Of a stretch of 10,679 nucleotides of DNA, positions 1-7,432 are shown one piece after another. Below the pieces are notes generated by a model. It was not told where the DNA came from and made no database searches. It worked only from the letters and a program-made list of their open reading frames with translations. Made by a program: the position numbers and the translations under genes. The stretch is from a virus. Taxonomy: Duplodnaviria > Heunggongvirae > Uroviricota > Caudoviricetes. Every line of letters starts with the position of its first letter. Within the stretch, counting starts at the first letter, position 1. The stretch is from the IMG/VR virus record IMGVR_UViG_2648501186_000016. One strand, 5' to 3'.

Positions 1-777
1 AGGGAATCGGGATTCGAAGAAATGCGGCTGCGTCTCGCGCGGATTTGCGGGACTGGTGATGTTCTTGCCGAACATGCAGCCTTTCGCTGTCAGCGACCAG
101 AATTTTTTGATGTTGTTAATCGCGGTACGGCTGTATCGTTCGCGTTGTTCAACGATCCCCAGCTTCGCCATCTGGTGATATGCCTGATTAGCCGTCAGGC
201 GGATACCATACTGTTTCAGCAGTGCACTCAGCGACAGCGTAGGGCGACTTGAGCCATCAGGCGCGTCAGCAGGAGCATCAATGGCATAGCGCGGTGCCAG
301 ATTCGGTAAGCCAACAGCCTCCTGGAGTTTCTGACAGGCACCAAGCACTGAAGAGTTAGACAGGTTTAACTCCCTGCGCATAAAGTCCAGCAGAATCACT
401 CCAGCCTGCATCTTGTCAGCAGCCTGCCCGGATAATTTTTCCGGTGCGCTGGTTACCATATCGAAAGTACGGATCACCTTCAGATGGAATGACGGGCTGA
501 TCCACATTGCATAGGCATACACCAGTTCTTTGCAGACATACGTCCCCTGGTTATTTCCGCCATTAATGACGCTAACTGGTTGATTTTGTTCCAGAGGCGG
601 AATTCCACCCTCGGTGAAAAGTTGTTCAATCAATTCACAGGTTTGCTTATTGGAGAGCCAGTATTTCGGGCGGTTTTTTTGTTCTCCCCCGGCTGCCCTG
701 TGCAGATCGTTCAGGCTGTAACGCCCATAAGCATCACGACGAACTTCAATACCATCAATAACCATCAGATTATTCAT
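1..777 (-). CDS. KilA-N domain protein (antirepressor-like), 3'-truncated by window start
   Basis: Not in the ORF track because its stop lies outside the window. Minus-strand ATG at 777..775 preceded by AAGAGGAG; frame stays open for 259 codons to position 1. Translation begins MNNLMVIDGIEVRRDAYGRYSLNDLHRAAGG...GTYVCKELVYAYAMWISPSFHLKVIRTF, matching the KilA-N pattern recalled from memory. Confidence 0.75.
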   Translation of the reverse strand, partial: MNNLMVIDGIEVRRDAYGRYSLNDLHRAAGGEQKNRPKYWLSNKQTCELIEQLFTEGGIPPLEQNQPVSVINGGNNQGTYVCKELVYAYAMWISPSFHLKVIRTFDMVTSAPEKLSGQAADKMQAGVILLDFMRRELNLSNSSVLGACQKLQEAVGLPNLAPRYAIDAPADAPDGSSRPTLSLSALLKQYGIRLTANQAYHQMAKLGIVEQRERYSRTAINNIKKFWSLTAKGCMFGKNITSPANPRETQPHFFESRFP

Positions 778-796
778 ACTTCGTTTCTCCTCTTAA

Positions 797-1624
797 TCAG
801 GCGGCTGCACCCGCCGGTTTCTCATACTTACTGATAGTGATCTCGACCTTCCCTTTCGGGATAACCGGTCCCCACTCCACCAGCATTCTTTTCACCTGTC
901 TGTCGTCTTCCCACACACCCGCGTGGGTCAGGGCGTCAAACAGCGCCTTGTTATAGTTGTCCAGATCGCGGATCCGGTTACCCATCGCAGATACCCAGCC
1001 CGCATAGCGTTTCACACCTTCCAGCATGGTTTCGGGGTTTACCCCCTCATTCAAACGGGCTTTCCAGGCTTTGAAGGCTGCAGATTTTGAATTGCCACCA
1101 GCACGTTTGGGATATGCCAGCCATGCCTGCTCAAACTCCGGAGAGTATTCCGGTCGGTTTGAACGAACTCGCACAGACTCATCAGCAGATGCACCAACAG
1201 CTATTGGTTCATTGACTGGTTCTTTGACTGGTTCAAAAGAGTGACTGGTTCTGGGTGAATCTCCTGCATTACCCCCTGGTGCAACTCCTGCACTACCTGG
1301 TGAATTTGCTGCACCAGATAGTGAATTATTTGCACTACCCCCTAGTGAATCTCCTGCACCATCCAGATGAAGGAGATAGATATTACTTGAGTTACCTTTT
1401 TCACCTTTCCGGGTGACTTTTTTTACCAGCCCGGACTCACAAAGGGCCGCAATATGATTCATCACAGAACGTTTGCTAATCTCGCACTGGTCAGCAATAT
1501 GCTGGTAGCTGGGCCAGCACTCACCCTGATCGCTGGCATTATCAGCCAGCTTGATCAGAACCAGTTTTCGCAATGGATTACCCACTCGAATTTTCATCGC
1601 TTTAACCATCAGCGCCATACTCAT
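797..1624 (-). CDS. Phage replication initiator-like protein (N-terminal winged-helix DNA-binding domain, low-complexity linker, C-terminal domain), lambda O-like architecture
   Basis: 275-aa ORF, ATG at 1624 with GGAGG 6 nt upstream and ATGA overlap with the preceding ORF. N-terminus LRKLVLIKLADNASDQGECWPSYQHIADQCEISKRSVMNHIAALCESGLVKK looks like a wHTH replication-protein domain; the middle is a Gly/Ser/Ala/Pro-rich linker. Product assignment is by pattern recall, not search. Confidence 0.65.
   Translation of the reverse strand: MSMALMVKAMKIRVGNPLRKLVLIKLADNASDQGECWPSYQHIADQCEISKRSVMNHIAALCESGLVKKVTRKGEKGNSSNIYLLHLDGAGDSLGGSANNSLSGAANSPGSAGVAPGGNAGDSPRTSHSFEPVKEPVNEPIAVGASADESVRVRSNRPEYSPEFEQAWLAYPKRAGGNSKSAAFKAWKARLNEGVNPETMLEGVKRYAGWVSAMGNRIRDLDNYNKALFDALTHAGVWEDDRQVKRMLVEWGPVIPKGKVEITISKYEKPAGAAA
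1203..1349. repeat. Iteron-like direct repeats inside the linker-coding part of the O-like gene (candidate ori)
   Basis: TGACTGGTTC at 1213-1222, 1225-1234 and 1242-1251; GTGAATCTCCTGCA at 1255-1268 and 1335-1348; related GTGAAT...TGCAC units at about 1299-1314 and 1320-1335, giving a roughly 21-23 bp period. Confidence 0.5.
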
Positions 1625-1845
1625 GCTGCACCTCCGAGATGCTTCATGTTTTTTCCGGAGCGAAAGGTTATAAGCGGCATACTGACGCGGTAATTACGGC
1701 CCAGCGGTTCACAAATCACCTTCTGACATTCACGGTCCACCAGGCTAACACGTAGAACATGTCCTGCAGGTGTGGTGTACCACTGACCCGGACGAGGACA
1801 ACGGAAAGTCTGATTGGTAAACCGTTTGAAAATATTCCGGATCAT
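1621..1845 (-). CDS. Hypothetical small protein (74 aa), translationally coupled within the replication operon
   Basis: ATG at 1845 overlaps the upstream stop (ATGA) and is preceded by AAGGGGG; its stop overlaps the O-like start (ATGA at 1621-1624). No recognisable domain. Confidence 0.5.
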   Translation of the reverse strand: MIRNIFKRFTNQTFRCPRPGQWYTTPAGHVLRVSLVDRECQKVICEPLGRNYRVSMPLITFRSGKNMKHLGGAA

Positions 1846-2993
1846 TTGCGCCCCCTTACCTCTGAAGGGTTCAGCGACAAATTTATGAGGCAGGCCAGTG
1901 CCGAAGCATCATTAATATAGTCATACAAGCTAACAGCCAGCGGAGATTCGGCTTTTGCCAACATAGGATAAAGCTGCTGCAGCCAGACCTGATGAATTGA
2001 TGAAATGTAGGAACAGAGAACGCTGGCGTTATGTGCAACGTCGCTCGGTACAGCGGGCTTTGAAAGCTGTTTCTCCATCTGGTTAAAGGCATTGATGTAT
2101 GCCTCTTTGAACTGGGCAGCACGTTTACCCGTGAAACCCATAGCAAGAAACGCAAAGCCGTCGCGGGTTATTTGATAGCAAGGTAGTTTGCGGCCTGTGC
2201 AATCGGTGTAATCACTCACCGAAAAATTGCGGGCAGTGAATGATGCGGAACATTCAAGCGTGCGGATCTTTTTCAGTACATCGTCATGACGTTTGGAGAA
2301 GAAGTTGGCAACAGCCAGGGATGAAGTAACAGCCTGACCATCAACGATGGCAATTTCAGGTTGAGTGAGGGTTGGGATCGTAGCCATGATGGCAGCCTCT
2401 TTGGTGATTTTTAATAACTCACCACCAAGGCTTTCCACGACCTTATTGGTGGTGAGACGTACAGGGGTGGAAATACCGGTCACCAAAGAACCCGGCCCAA
2501 CCGAAGTTGGCCCTGCACGCCCCACCATAATTTGGGCGTAATGCTGCTCATGACACAAAAAAACCGCAAGAGCGCGGTTGTGCGCTTTGGTGAATTCCGG
2601 GTTTCCACGCCCGGCACCCGCTTTATAAGGTGCCTGAACAGTGTAACGTCCCGGAATGGCAGAATCAATGTGCTGGTGGTCCTTCACACTCAACAAAATC
2701 ACGCCTGAATTTCCACAAAGGACTAAAGCATTCATGCGGGTAGTCTTTGCGAAGATAGATAACGCGCTGTGTTTCTGGCTCCCAACGAATAACATGAACA
2801 TAAAGTCCTCTTCCGTCACGAAACCAGCGGTTAAGTTCCTGCACAACTCGCCCCCCACAGTCAGGTAAAGTTCTCTGTGGTTACTAACAGCCAGGTGATT
2901 TGGTAATCTGCATTCATGCCGTAACAACAGGTGTGCAGCGACACTGACCACCAGCTGTTGCGACAAACGGTTATTTGCCGTTAAACTGTTCAT
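1842..2993 (-). CDS. Rha-family phage regulatory protein with about 200-aa N-terminal extension of unknown function (alternative start at 2387 would give a 181-aa Rha-only protein)
   Basis: 383-aa ORF, ATG at 2993 overlapping the upstream TGA (ATGA). Residues about 215-300 (IVDGQAVTSSLAVANFFSKRHDDVLKKIRTL...ITRDGFAFLAMGFTGKRAAQFKEAYINAFNQMEKQL) match the Phage_pRha pattern. Internal ATG at 2387..2385 has AAAGAGG 8 nt upstream. Confidence 0.55.
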   Translation of the reverse strand: MNSLTANNRLSQQLVVSVAAHLLLRHECRLPNHLAVSNHRELYLTVGGELCRNLTAGFVTEEDFMFMLFVGSQKHSALSIFAKTTRMNALVLCGNSGVILLSVKDHQHIDSAIPGRYTVQAPYKAGAGRGNPEFTKAHNRALAVFLCHEQHYAQIMVGRAGPTSVGPGSLVTGISTPVRLTTNKVVESLGGELLKITKEAAIMATIPTLTQPEIAIVDGQAVTSSLAVANFFSKRHDDVLKKIRTLECSASFTARNFSVSDYTDCTGRKLPCYQITRDGFAFLAMGFTGKRAAQFKEAYINAFNQMEKQLSKPAVPSDVAHNASVLCSYISSIHQVWLQQLYPMLAKAESPLAVSLYDYINDASALACLINLSLNPSEVRGRK

Positions 2994-3541
2994 GCGTTAG
3001 TTTCTCCACAGACACAAAACGCCACGACGCCCGGAGCTGCACACTCGCGGGCGTCACTCTTTTCTGGAGCGCAGAAAATTTTGTAGACCAGTGCCGCATG
3101 CTCCTGGAGCTTCGAAATTGACAGATACAATTCATCATTAATTGCTGTCTGCTCGTGTGGCTCCACTACCCCATCTTCGATTGCCGAACGAATCTGCTTT
3201 GAGTAACTCCCGATCTGTTCGATGACTTCCAGCAGGCGCTGGTTTATATCTGCGTTCTCTACTTCCTCAATTTCAGGAAGCGATACAAACACCCCACCAG
3301 CAGACTGTGCGACAGCATCCGCAATGTAGTGAGTGCCAGCAGCACGCTGTAAAATCATTGCCCATCCCAGCGGGAAAATCTGATCGCCATCTGCACGAAG
3401 GCGGTTGAATAAAGCGTTCTCTGTAACATCCAGCCACTCAGCAGCTTCAGCGTAACCCCCCGGCAACGCCGCGATAGTTTTTCTGACAGCTTTCACGTAC
3501 CACTCAGGCTGTTTTTCCACTTTCCAGTGATGATTACCCAC
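2990..3541 (-). CDS. YdaT-like / CII-analogue regulatory protein (putative)
   Basis: 183-aa ORF directly downstream of the Cro-like gene, overlapping its end by 8 nt. Start is GTG at 3541..3539 with AGGAGG 6 nt upstream. Position and size fit the ydaS-ydaT type pair of Rac-like prophages; family assignment is from memory. Confidence 0.55.
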   Translation of the reverse strand: MGNHHWKVEKQPEWYVKAVRKTIAALPGGYAEAAEWLDVTENALFNRLRADGDQIFPLGWAMILQRAAGTHYIADAVAQSAGGVFVSLPEIEEVENADINQRLLEVIEQIGSYSKQIRSAIEDGVVEPHEQTAINDELYLSISKLQEHAALVYKIFCAPEKSDARECAAPGVVAFCVCGETNA

Positions 3542-3794
3542 GGCTTACCTCCTGTTCCTGTGGTTTAAACCCATTCTGGTTTTGGCTAGATTGAAAACGT
3601 GCCGGATAAAGAATCTGCATTTCGCTGATTTCACCCTTAAAAAAATTGGCCAGACGTTCTGCAAGATCGATAGATGGAATTTGTTCCAGTCTTTCAATAC
3701 GACTCAGCGTCGCTGGATTGACCTGAACGCCAGCAGCAACATGCTGCAAAGTAAATCCGTGCGCCTTACGCACATTCCGTAATGGTGATTGCAT
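3534..3794 (-). CDS. Cro-like XRE-family HTH regulator
   Basis: 86-aa ORF divergent from the repressor gene; HTH segment FTLQHVAAGVQVNPATLSRIERLE; ATG at 3794 with GGAGG just upstream. Confidence 0.7.
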   Translation of the reverse strand: MQSPLRNVRKAHGFTLQHVAAGVQVNPATLSRIERLEQIPSIDLAERLANFFKGEISEMQILYPARFQSSQNQNGFKPQEQEVSRG

Positions 3795-3805
3795 ATGACC
3801 TCCAC

Positions 3806-3885
3806 ATATTGCGTGATGAGCATATTATTTCACGCAAATATTTTGCGCAAGTTGATTTGCTTAACGCGCAATAAAGAAATGTAAT
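3806..3885. promoter_or_regulatory. Divergent PR-like / PRM-like promoters with operator palindromes (OR-like region)
   Basis: Minus strand: -35 TTGCGC (plus 3850..3845), 17-bp spacer, -10 TAATAT (plus 3827..3822). Plus strand: -35 TTGCTT 3857-3862, 17-bp spacer, -10 TGTAAT 3880-3885, placing the start about at A3892 of the repressor ATG (leaderless). Operator-like motifs: TTGC-N7-GCAA at 3857-3871, variant at 3809-3823, palindrome TTGCGCAA at 3843-3850, inverted repeat 3806-3841. Confidence 0.5.
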
Positions 3886-3891
3886 AAACGC

Positions 3892-4584
3892 ATGAACATA
3901 GGAAACCGAGTCAGACAACTTCGCCAGGCGAAGAACATGAAAATCGCCGATCTCGCTGAAGCAATAGGAGTGGATGCGGCGAATATCTCACGCCTGGAAA
4001 CAGGTAAGCAGAAACAATTCACTGAACAAGCCCTGAGTAATATTGCCAAGAGCTTAGGTGTTGATATTGCTGATCTCTTTACCTCAGACTTCAAAAGTAA
4101 TACTGTATGTAAAAACAGTATTAGTGAGGATGTTGCGCAGGTGAAGGATGTATTCCGTATTGAAATGCTGGATGTCAGTGCCAGTGCGGGAAATGGCCTT
4201 ATCCAGGGCGGTGATGTCATTGATGTGATTCATGCCATTGAATACAGAACTGATAATGCTGTATCGATGTTTGGTGGACGGCCAGCCAATCACATTAAAG
4301 TTATCAACGTTCGTGGGGACAGTATGTGTCCAACCATTGAGCCAGGAGATCTCATCTTCGTTGATGTCAGTATCAATCAGTTTGATGGAGATGGTATCTA
4401 TGTATTTGGTTTTGATGATAAAATTTATGTCAAACGACTGCAAATGATACCTGACAAACTACTGGTGATTTCTGATAACCAGATTTACCGTGAATGGGGA
4501 ATTACCAGCGAAAATGAACACCGGTTTATGGTCTTTGGAAAGGTCTTAATCAGCCAGTCACAAACCCTTAAGCGACACAATTAA
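3892..4584 (+). CDS. cI/LexA-type prophage repressor (N-terminal XRE HTH, C-terminal S24 peptidase autocleavage domain)
   Basis: 230-aa ORF. N-terminus NRVRQLRQAKNMKIADLAEAIGVDAANISRLETGK is an HTH; C-terminus has the Ser-Lys dyad context VRGDSMCPTIEPGDLIFVD ... YVKRLQ typical of S24 peptidases. No SD before the ATG, consistent with a leaderless transcript. Confidence 0.85.
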   Translation: MNIGNRVRQLRQAKNMKIADLAEAIGVDAANISRLETGKQKQFTEQALSNIAKSLGVDIADLFTSDFKSNTVCKNSISEDVAQVKDVFRIEMLDVSASAGNGLIQGGDVIDVIHAIEYRTDNAVSMFGGRPANHIKVINVRGDSMCPTIEPGDLIFVDVSINQFDGDGIYVFGFDDKIYVKRLQMIPDKLLVISDNQIYREWGITSENEHRFMVFGKVLISQSQTLKRHN

Positions 4585-4604
4585 CCCTTACCTCCTCATC
4601 AATT

Positions 4605-4626
4605 AGCCACCCAAAGGTGGCTTTTC
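4605..4626 (+). terminator. Intrinsic terminator downstream of the repressor gene
   Basis: Perfect 7-bp stem AGCCACC (4605-4611) / GGTGGCT (4616-4622) with CAAA loop, followed by TTTT, 21 nt after the repressor stop. Confidence 0.6.
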
Positions 4627-4639
4627 ATTACCCTTTAAA

Positions 4640-4692
4640 TTGCATATCTCGCAACAAAAACACTTGCATAATGCGCAACTTCATTTTATCTT
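4640..4692 (+). promoter_or_regulatory. PL-like promoter with two operator sites (OL-like)
   Basis: Two 15-bp palindromes TTGCATATCTCGCAA (4640-4654) and TTGCATAATGCGCAA (4664-4678) share the TTGC-N7-GCAA pattern seen in the OR region. Candidate -35 TTGCAT (4664-4669), 17-bp spacer, -10 TATCTT (4687-4692), reading toward the yfdP-like operon. Confidence 0.45.
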
Positions 4693-5102
4693 TCTTTCCA
4701 GACAAACAAACAAGGTACTAACAAAATTTGGTTGTAACACGGCGTATGGCACATGCGTCGTTAGCGGTCTGGGGACGTTAAAGGGGACAATCCACTCCTT
4801 GCTCGGGCAAACAAACCAGGTAGCCGGAATGTGCAAGTCAATGATGATGCTGATAAGACGCCTAACCAGCGTGGCGATTCGGTTTGACGCCTGGGAAGAG
4901 ACCAGGGTGCAACGATGAGGGCATTTATGGAGCCGCGACAAAGTGTGGTGCCGTAACTGGCTAAGTGCTCTCAGCGTTGTGGTAATCCGCGAAATGGCGC
5001 GGCGGTAAGTATGGCGGGGTTACTCTTTCCCCGTTGAGGACACCGGATTGTCAGGTTGACCATACGCCTGAGTGACAACCCCACCACAACAGCCACTGCT
5101 TT

Positions 5103-5152
5103 GGCGGTACCAGTTTGTACCCTTGCTTCCGGCTGGTACCGCTCTTTTTACA
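5103..5152 (+). terminator. Hairpin plus T-run in the early-left leader (terminator-like; 3' flank is boxA-like)
   Basis: 10-bp stem GCGGTACCAG (5104-5113) / CTGGTACCGC (5133-5142), 19-nt loop, followed by TCTTTTTA. The segment CGCTCTTTTTACAA (5140-5153) resembles the boxA consensus of nut sites and rrn antiterminators. Confidence 0.4.
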
Positions 5153-5286
5153 AAACAGAGAAGAGCATCACCGGACGACGGGCTCATAACCCAATCCATC
5201 CGGGCGGCTGCCACCGCAGGTGTTCTTCTCCGTTTTGTGGAGAAACCAACCGACCTTGCAGGGTCGATATGATGAGGAGCAGCAAA

Positions 5287-5649
5287 ATGGCTAGCGAACG
5301 CAGTACTGATGTGCAGGCATTTATTGGGGAGCTGGACGGCGGCGTATTTGAAACCAAAATCGGCGCAGTTCTCAGTGAAGTCGCTTCCGGTGTGATGAAC
5401 ACGAAAACCAAAGGTAAGGTCTCGCTCAACCTGGAAATCGAACCGTTTGATGAGAATCGTGTGAAAATCAAACACAAACTCTCGTATGTTCGCCCGACTA
5501 ACCGCGGGAAAATTTCCGAAGAAGACACCACCGAAACGCCGATGTATGTCAATCGCGGTGGTCGCCTGACTATTCTGCAGGAAGACCAGGGACAATTACT
5601 GACTCTTGCTGGTGAACCTGACGGAAAACTCCGCGCAGCAGGTCATTAA
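5287..5649 (+). CDS. yfdP: YfdP-like hypothetical protein (120 aa)
   Basis: ATG at 5287 with AGGAG at 5275-5279; the track's longer 5056 frame starts at TTG and lacks an RBS. Length and position before the YfdQ/YfdR-like genes match K-12 CPS-53 yfdP from memory; symbol is tentative. Confidence 0.55.
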   Translation: MASERSTDVQAFIGELDGGVFETKIGAVLSEVASGVMNTKTKGKVSLNLEIEPFDENRVKIKHKLSYVRPTNRGKISEEDTTETPMYVNRGGRLTILQEDQGQLLTLAGEPDGKLRAAGH

Positions 5650-5714
5650 TATCGTTCTTAATTAACTGATTATTTATCTCATCACTGAATATCTTTATAT
5701 AGTGAGGACTTATT

Positions 5715-6539
5715 ATGTCTCAGAACTTAGACGCAACCGCAATTAATCAAATCCATGCCCTTATTTCTGCTCAGGGTGTTAATGAAATTATCAGTAAGAT
5801 TGGTGCCGATGCTGTGGCATTGCCTGAGAATTTCCGCATTCATGATCTGGAAAAATTTAATTTAAATCGCTTCCGTTTCCGTGGTGCGCTTTCCACTGCC
5901 AGCATCGATGACTTTACCCGTTATTCTAAAGATCTTGCAGATGAAGGCACCCGCTGCTTTATCGATGCTGATAATATGCGTGCCGTCAGTGTGCTTAACC
6001 TGGGTACTATTGATGAACCAGGTCACGCAGATAACACCGCCACTCTCAAACTGAAAAAGACAGCACCGTTCTCTGCTCTGTTGTCTGTTAATGGCGAGCG
6101 TAACTCCCAGAAATCACTGGCAGAATGGATTGAAGACTGGGCCGACTACCTTGTGGGCTTTGATGCTAATGGTGACACCATTCAGGCAACAAAAGCGGCT
6201 GCGGCGGTCCGTAAAATCACGATTGAAGCAAACCAGACCGCTGATTTTGAAGATAATGACTTCAGCGGCAAACGCTCCCTGATGGAGTCTGTCGAAGCGA
6301 AGACTAAAGACATTATGCCAGTGGCATTTGAATTTAAATGCGTTCCGTTTGAAGGCCTTAAAGAACGTCCGTTTAAATTACGCCTCAGCATTATCACTGG
6401 CGATCGTCCTGTACTGGTTCTGCGCATTATTCAGCTGGAAGCGGTGCAGGAAGAAATGGCTAACGAATTTCGTGATCTGCTTGTTGAGAAATTTAAAGAC
6501 AGCAAAGTAGAAACCTTTATTGGTACTTTCACCGCCTGA
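5715..6539 (+). CDS. yfdQ: YfdQ-like protein (DUF2303 family, 274 aa)
   Basis: ATG at 5715 with GTGAGGA upstream; 274 aa, same length as K-12 YfdQ and in the same gene order. Assignment by recall, not search. Confidence 0.7.
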   Translation: MSQNLDATAINQIHALISAQGVNEIISKIGADAVALPENFRIHDLEKFNLNRFRFRGALSTASIDDFTRYSKDLADEGTRCFIDADNMRAVSVLNLGTIDEPGHADNTATLKLKKTAPFSALLSVNGERNSQKSLAEWIEDWADYLVGFDANGDTIQATKAAAAVRKITIEANQTADFEDNDFSGKRSLMESVEAKTKDIMPVAFEFKCVPFEGLKERPFKLRLSIITGDRPVLVLRIIQLEAVQEEMANEFRDLLVEKFKDSKVETFIGTFTA

Positions 6540-6551
6540 TTTCATTACTGC

Positions 6552-6573
6552 AAATGCCCCTGCGGGGGCATTT
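6552..6573 (+). terminator. GC-rich hairpin between yfdQ-like and yfdR-like genes (possible terminator or attenuator)
   Basis: Stem AAATGCCCC (6552-6560) / GGGGCATTT (6565-6573) with TGCG loop; the downstream U-tract is short, so termination efficiency is uncertain. Confidence 0.35.
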
Positions 6574-6666
6574 ATGGAAACATAATTTACTCAATAATCG
6601 CCGGATGGTGATGGCTTCCTTTTACCAGAATTCAGCGCGGTGCAGCGCATATACGTGGAGAACGAA

Positions 6667-7203
6667 ATGTCATTTATTAAAACTTTTTCCGGGAAGCATT
6701 TTTATTATGACAAGATAAATAAAAATGACATCGTTATTAACGATATCGCGGTTTCCCTTTCAAATATCTGTCGCTTTGCTGGTCATCTTTCACACTTCTA
6801 CAGCGTTGCCCAACATGCGGTGCTTTGCAGCCAGCTGGTACCACAGGAATTTGCTTTTGAAGCGTTAATGCATGATGCAACAGAAGCGTATTGTCAAGAC
6901 ATCCCCGCGCCACTGAAACACATTCTTCCTGACTATAAACGGATGGAAGAAAAAATAGACGCCGTAATCCGTGAGAAATACGGGTTACCCCCGGTTATGA
7001 GCACGCCTGTGAAATATCCCGATCTCATCATGCTCGCAACCGAACGCCGTGATCTCGGGCTTGATGATGGCTCTTTCTGGCCTGTACTGGAAGGTATCCC
7101 GGCAACAGAGATGTTCAAAGTTATTCCACAGTCGCCAGGCCATGCCTACGGGATGTTTATGGAACGCTTTAACGAGTTATCGGAGTTACGCAAATGCGCA
7201 TGA
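6667..7203 (+). CDS. yfdR: YfdR-like HD-domain phosphohydrolase (putative 5'-deoxynucleotidase family, 178 aa)
   Basis: ATG at 6667 with GGAG 6 nt upstream (the track's 6640 start is GTG without an RBS). HD signature: ...SVAQHAVLCSQ... and ...ALMHDATEAY.... Length matches K-12 YfdR. Confidence 0.75.
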   Translation: MSFIKTFSGKHFYYDKINKNDIVINDIAVSLSNICRFAGHLSHFYSVAQHAVLCSQLVPQEFAFEALMHDATEAYCQDIPAPLKHILPDYKRMEEKIDAVIREKYGLPPVMSTPVKYPDLIMLATERRDLGLDDGSFWPVLEGIPATEMFKVIPQSPGHAYGMFMERFNELSELRKCA

Positions 7204-7237
7204 GTCTTTCAACTGCACAACCATTGGAGGGGTAGCA

Positions 7238-7432
7238 ATGAACAACTTAATGACAACTAAACAGGTCGCCGACTTCTGTGGTGTTTCAATATCAACAGTG
7301 CTTCGCTGGAACAGCATAAACCATAGAACAGGTAAGAAATATAGACCAGACTTTCCTGATCCTGATATAAAATCCTGTCCCAATAAATGGGCATCACACA
7401 AGATTTATAGGTTTGCGGGTATTATCGAATAA
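7238..7432 (+). CDS. AlpA/excisionase-family small HTH DNA-binding protein (64 aa)
   Basis: Internal ATG at 7238 of track ORF 7049..7432, with GGAGG at 7226-7230. MTTKQVADFCGVSISTVLRW...RPDFPDP resembles the AlpA/Xis HTH pattern (compare AlpA ...ATIYDWL...ATFPKK). Confidence 0.65.
   Translation: MNNLMTTKQVADFCGVSISTVLRWNSINHRTGKKYRPDFPDPDIKSCPNKWASHKIYRFAGIIE

Noticed and set aside
22-834. Plus-strand track ORFs 22..252 and 580..834
   Set aside because: They lie antisense to the RBS-supported KilA-N reading frame, have no ribosome-binding sites and no recognisable motifs.
1026-1693. Plus-strand ORFs 1026..1244 and 1454..1693
   Set aside because: Antisense to the O-like initiator gene and the coupled 74-aa gene; low-complexity translation mirrors the repeats on the coding strand.
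1883-2868. ORFs 1883..2155 (-), 2480..2668 (-) and 2656..2868 (+)
   Set aside because: Alternative-frame or antisense overlaps of the long Rha-containing ORF; no start signals. The 2656..2868 frame was considered as a real small gene but has no SD and sits inside a 200-codon open frame on the other strand.
3582-4447. ORFs 3582..3782 (+), 3861..4220 (-), 4084..4443 (-) and 4232..4447 (+)
   Set aside because: Overlap the well-supported Cro-like and cI-like genes in other frames or antisense.
4640-4941. ORFs 4640..4918 (+) and 4681..4941 (-) in the PL leader, considered as an N-like antiterminator
   Set aside because: No RBS, no arginine-rich N-terminal motif, and they overlap the promoter/operator elements; more likely non-coding leader.
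5020-5649. ORFs 5020..5595 (-), 5072..5272 (+), 5184..5552 (-) and the long 5056 start of the yfdP frame
   Set aside because: The 5056 start is TTG with no SD whereas ATG 5287 has AGGAG at ideal spacing; the others are antisense or off-frame overlaps of yfdP-like.
6091-7401. ORFs 6091..6282 (+), 6182..6427 (-), 6328..6510 (+), 6933..7118 (-), 7186..7401 (-) and the 7049 start of the AlpA-like frame
   Set aside because: Overlaps of yfdQ-like, yfdR-like and AlpA-like genes; the 7049 start lies inside yfdR-like, while ATG 7238 has a GGAGG RBS.
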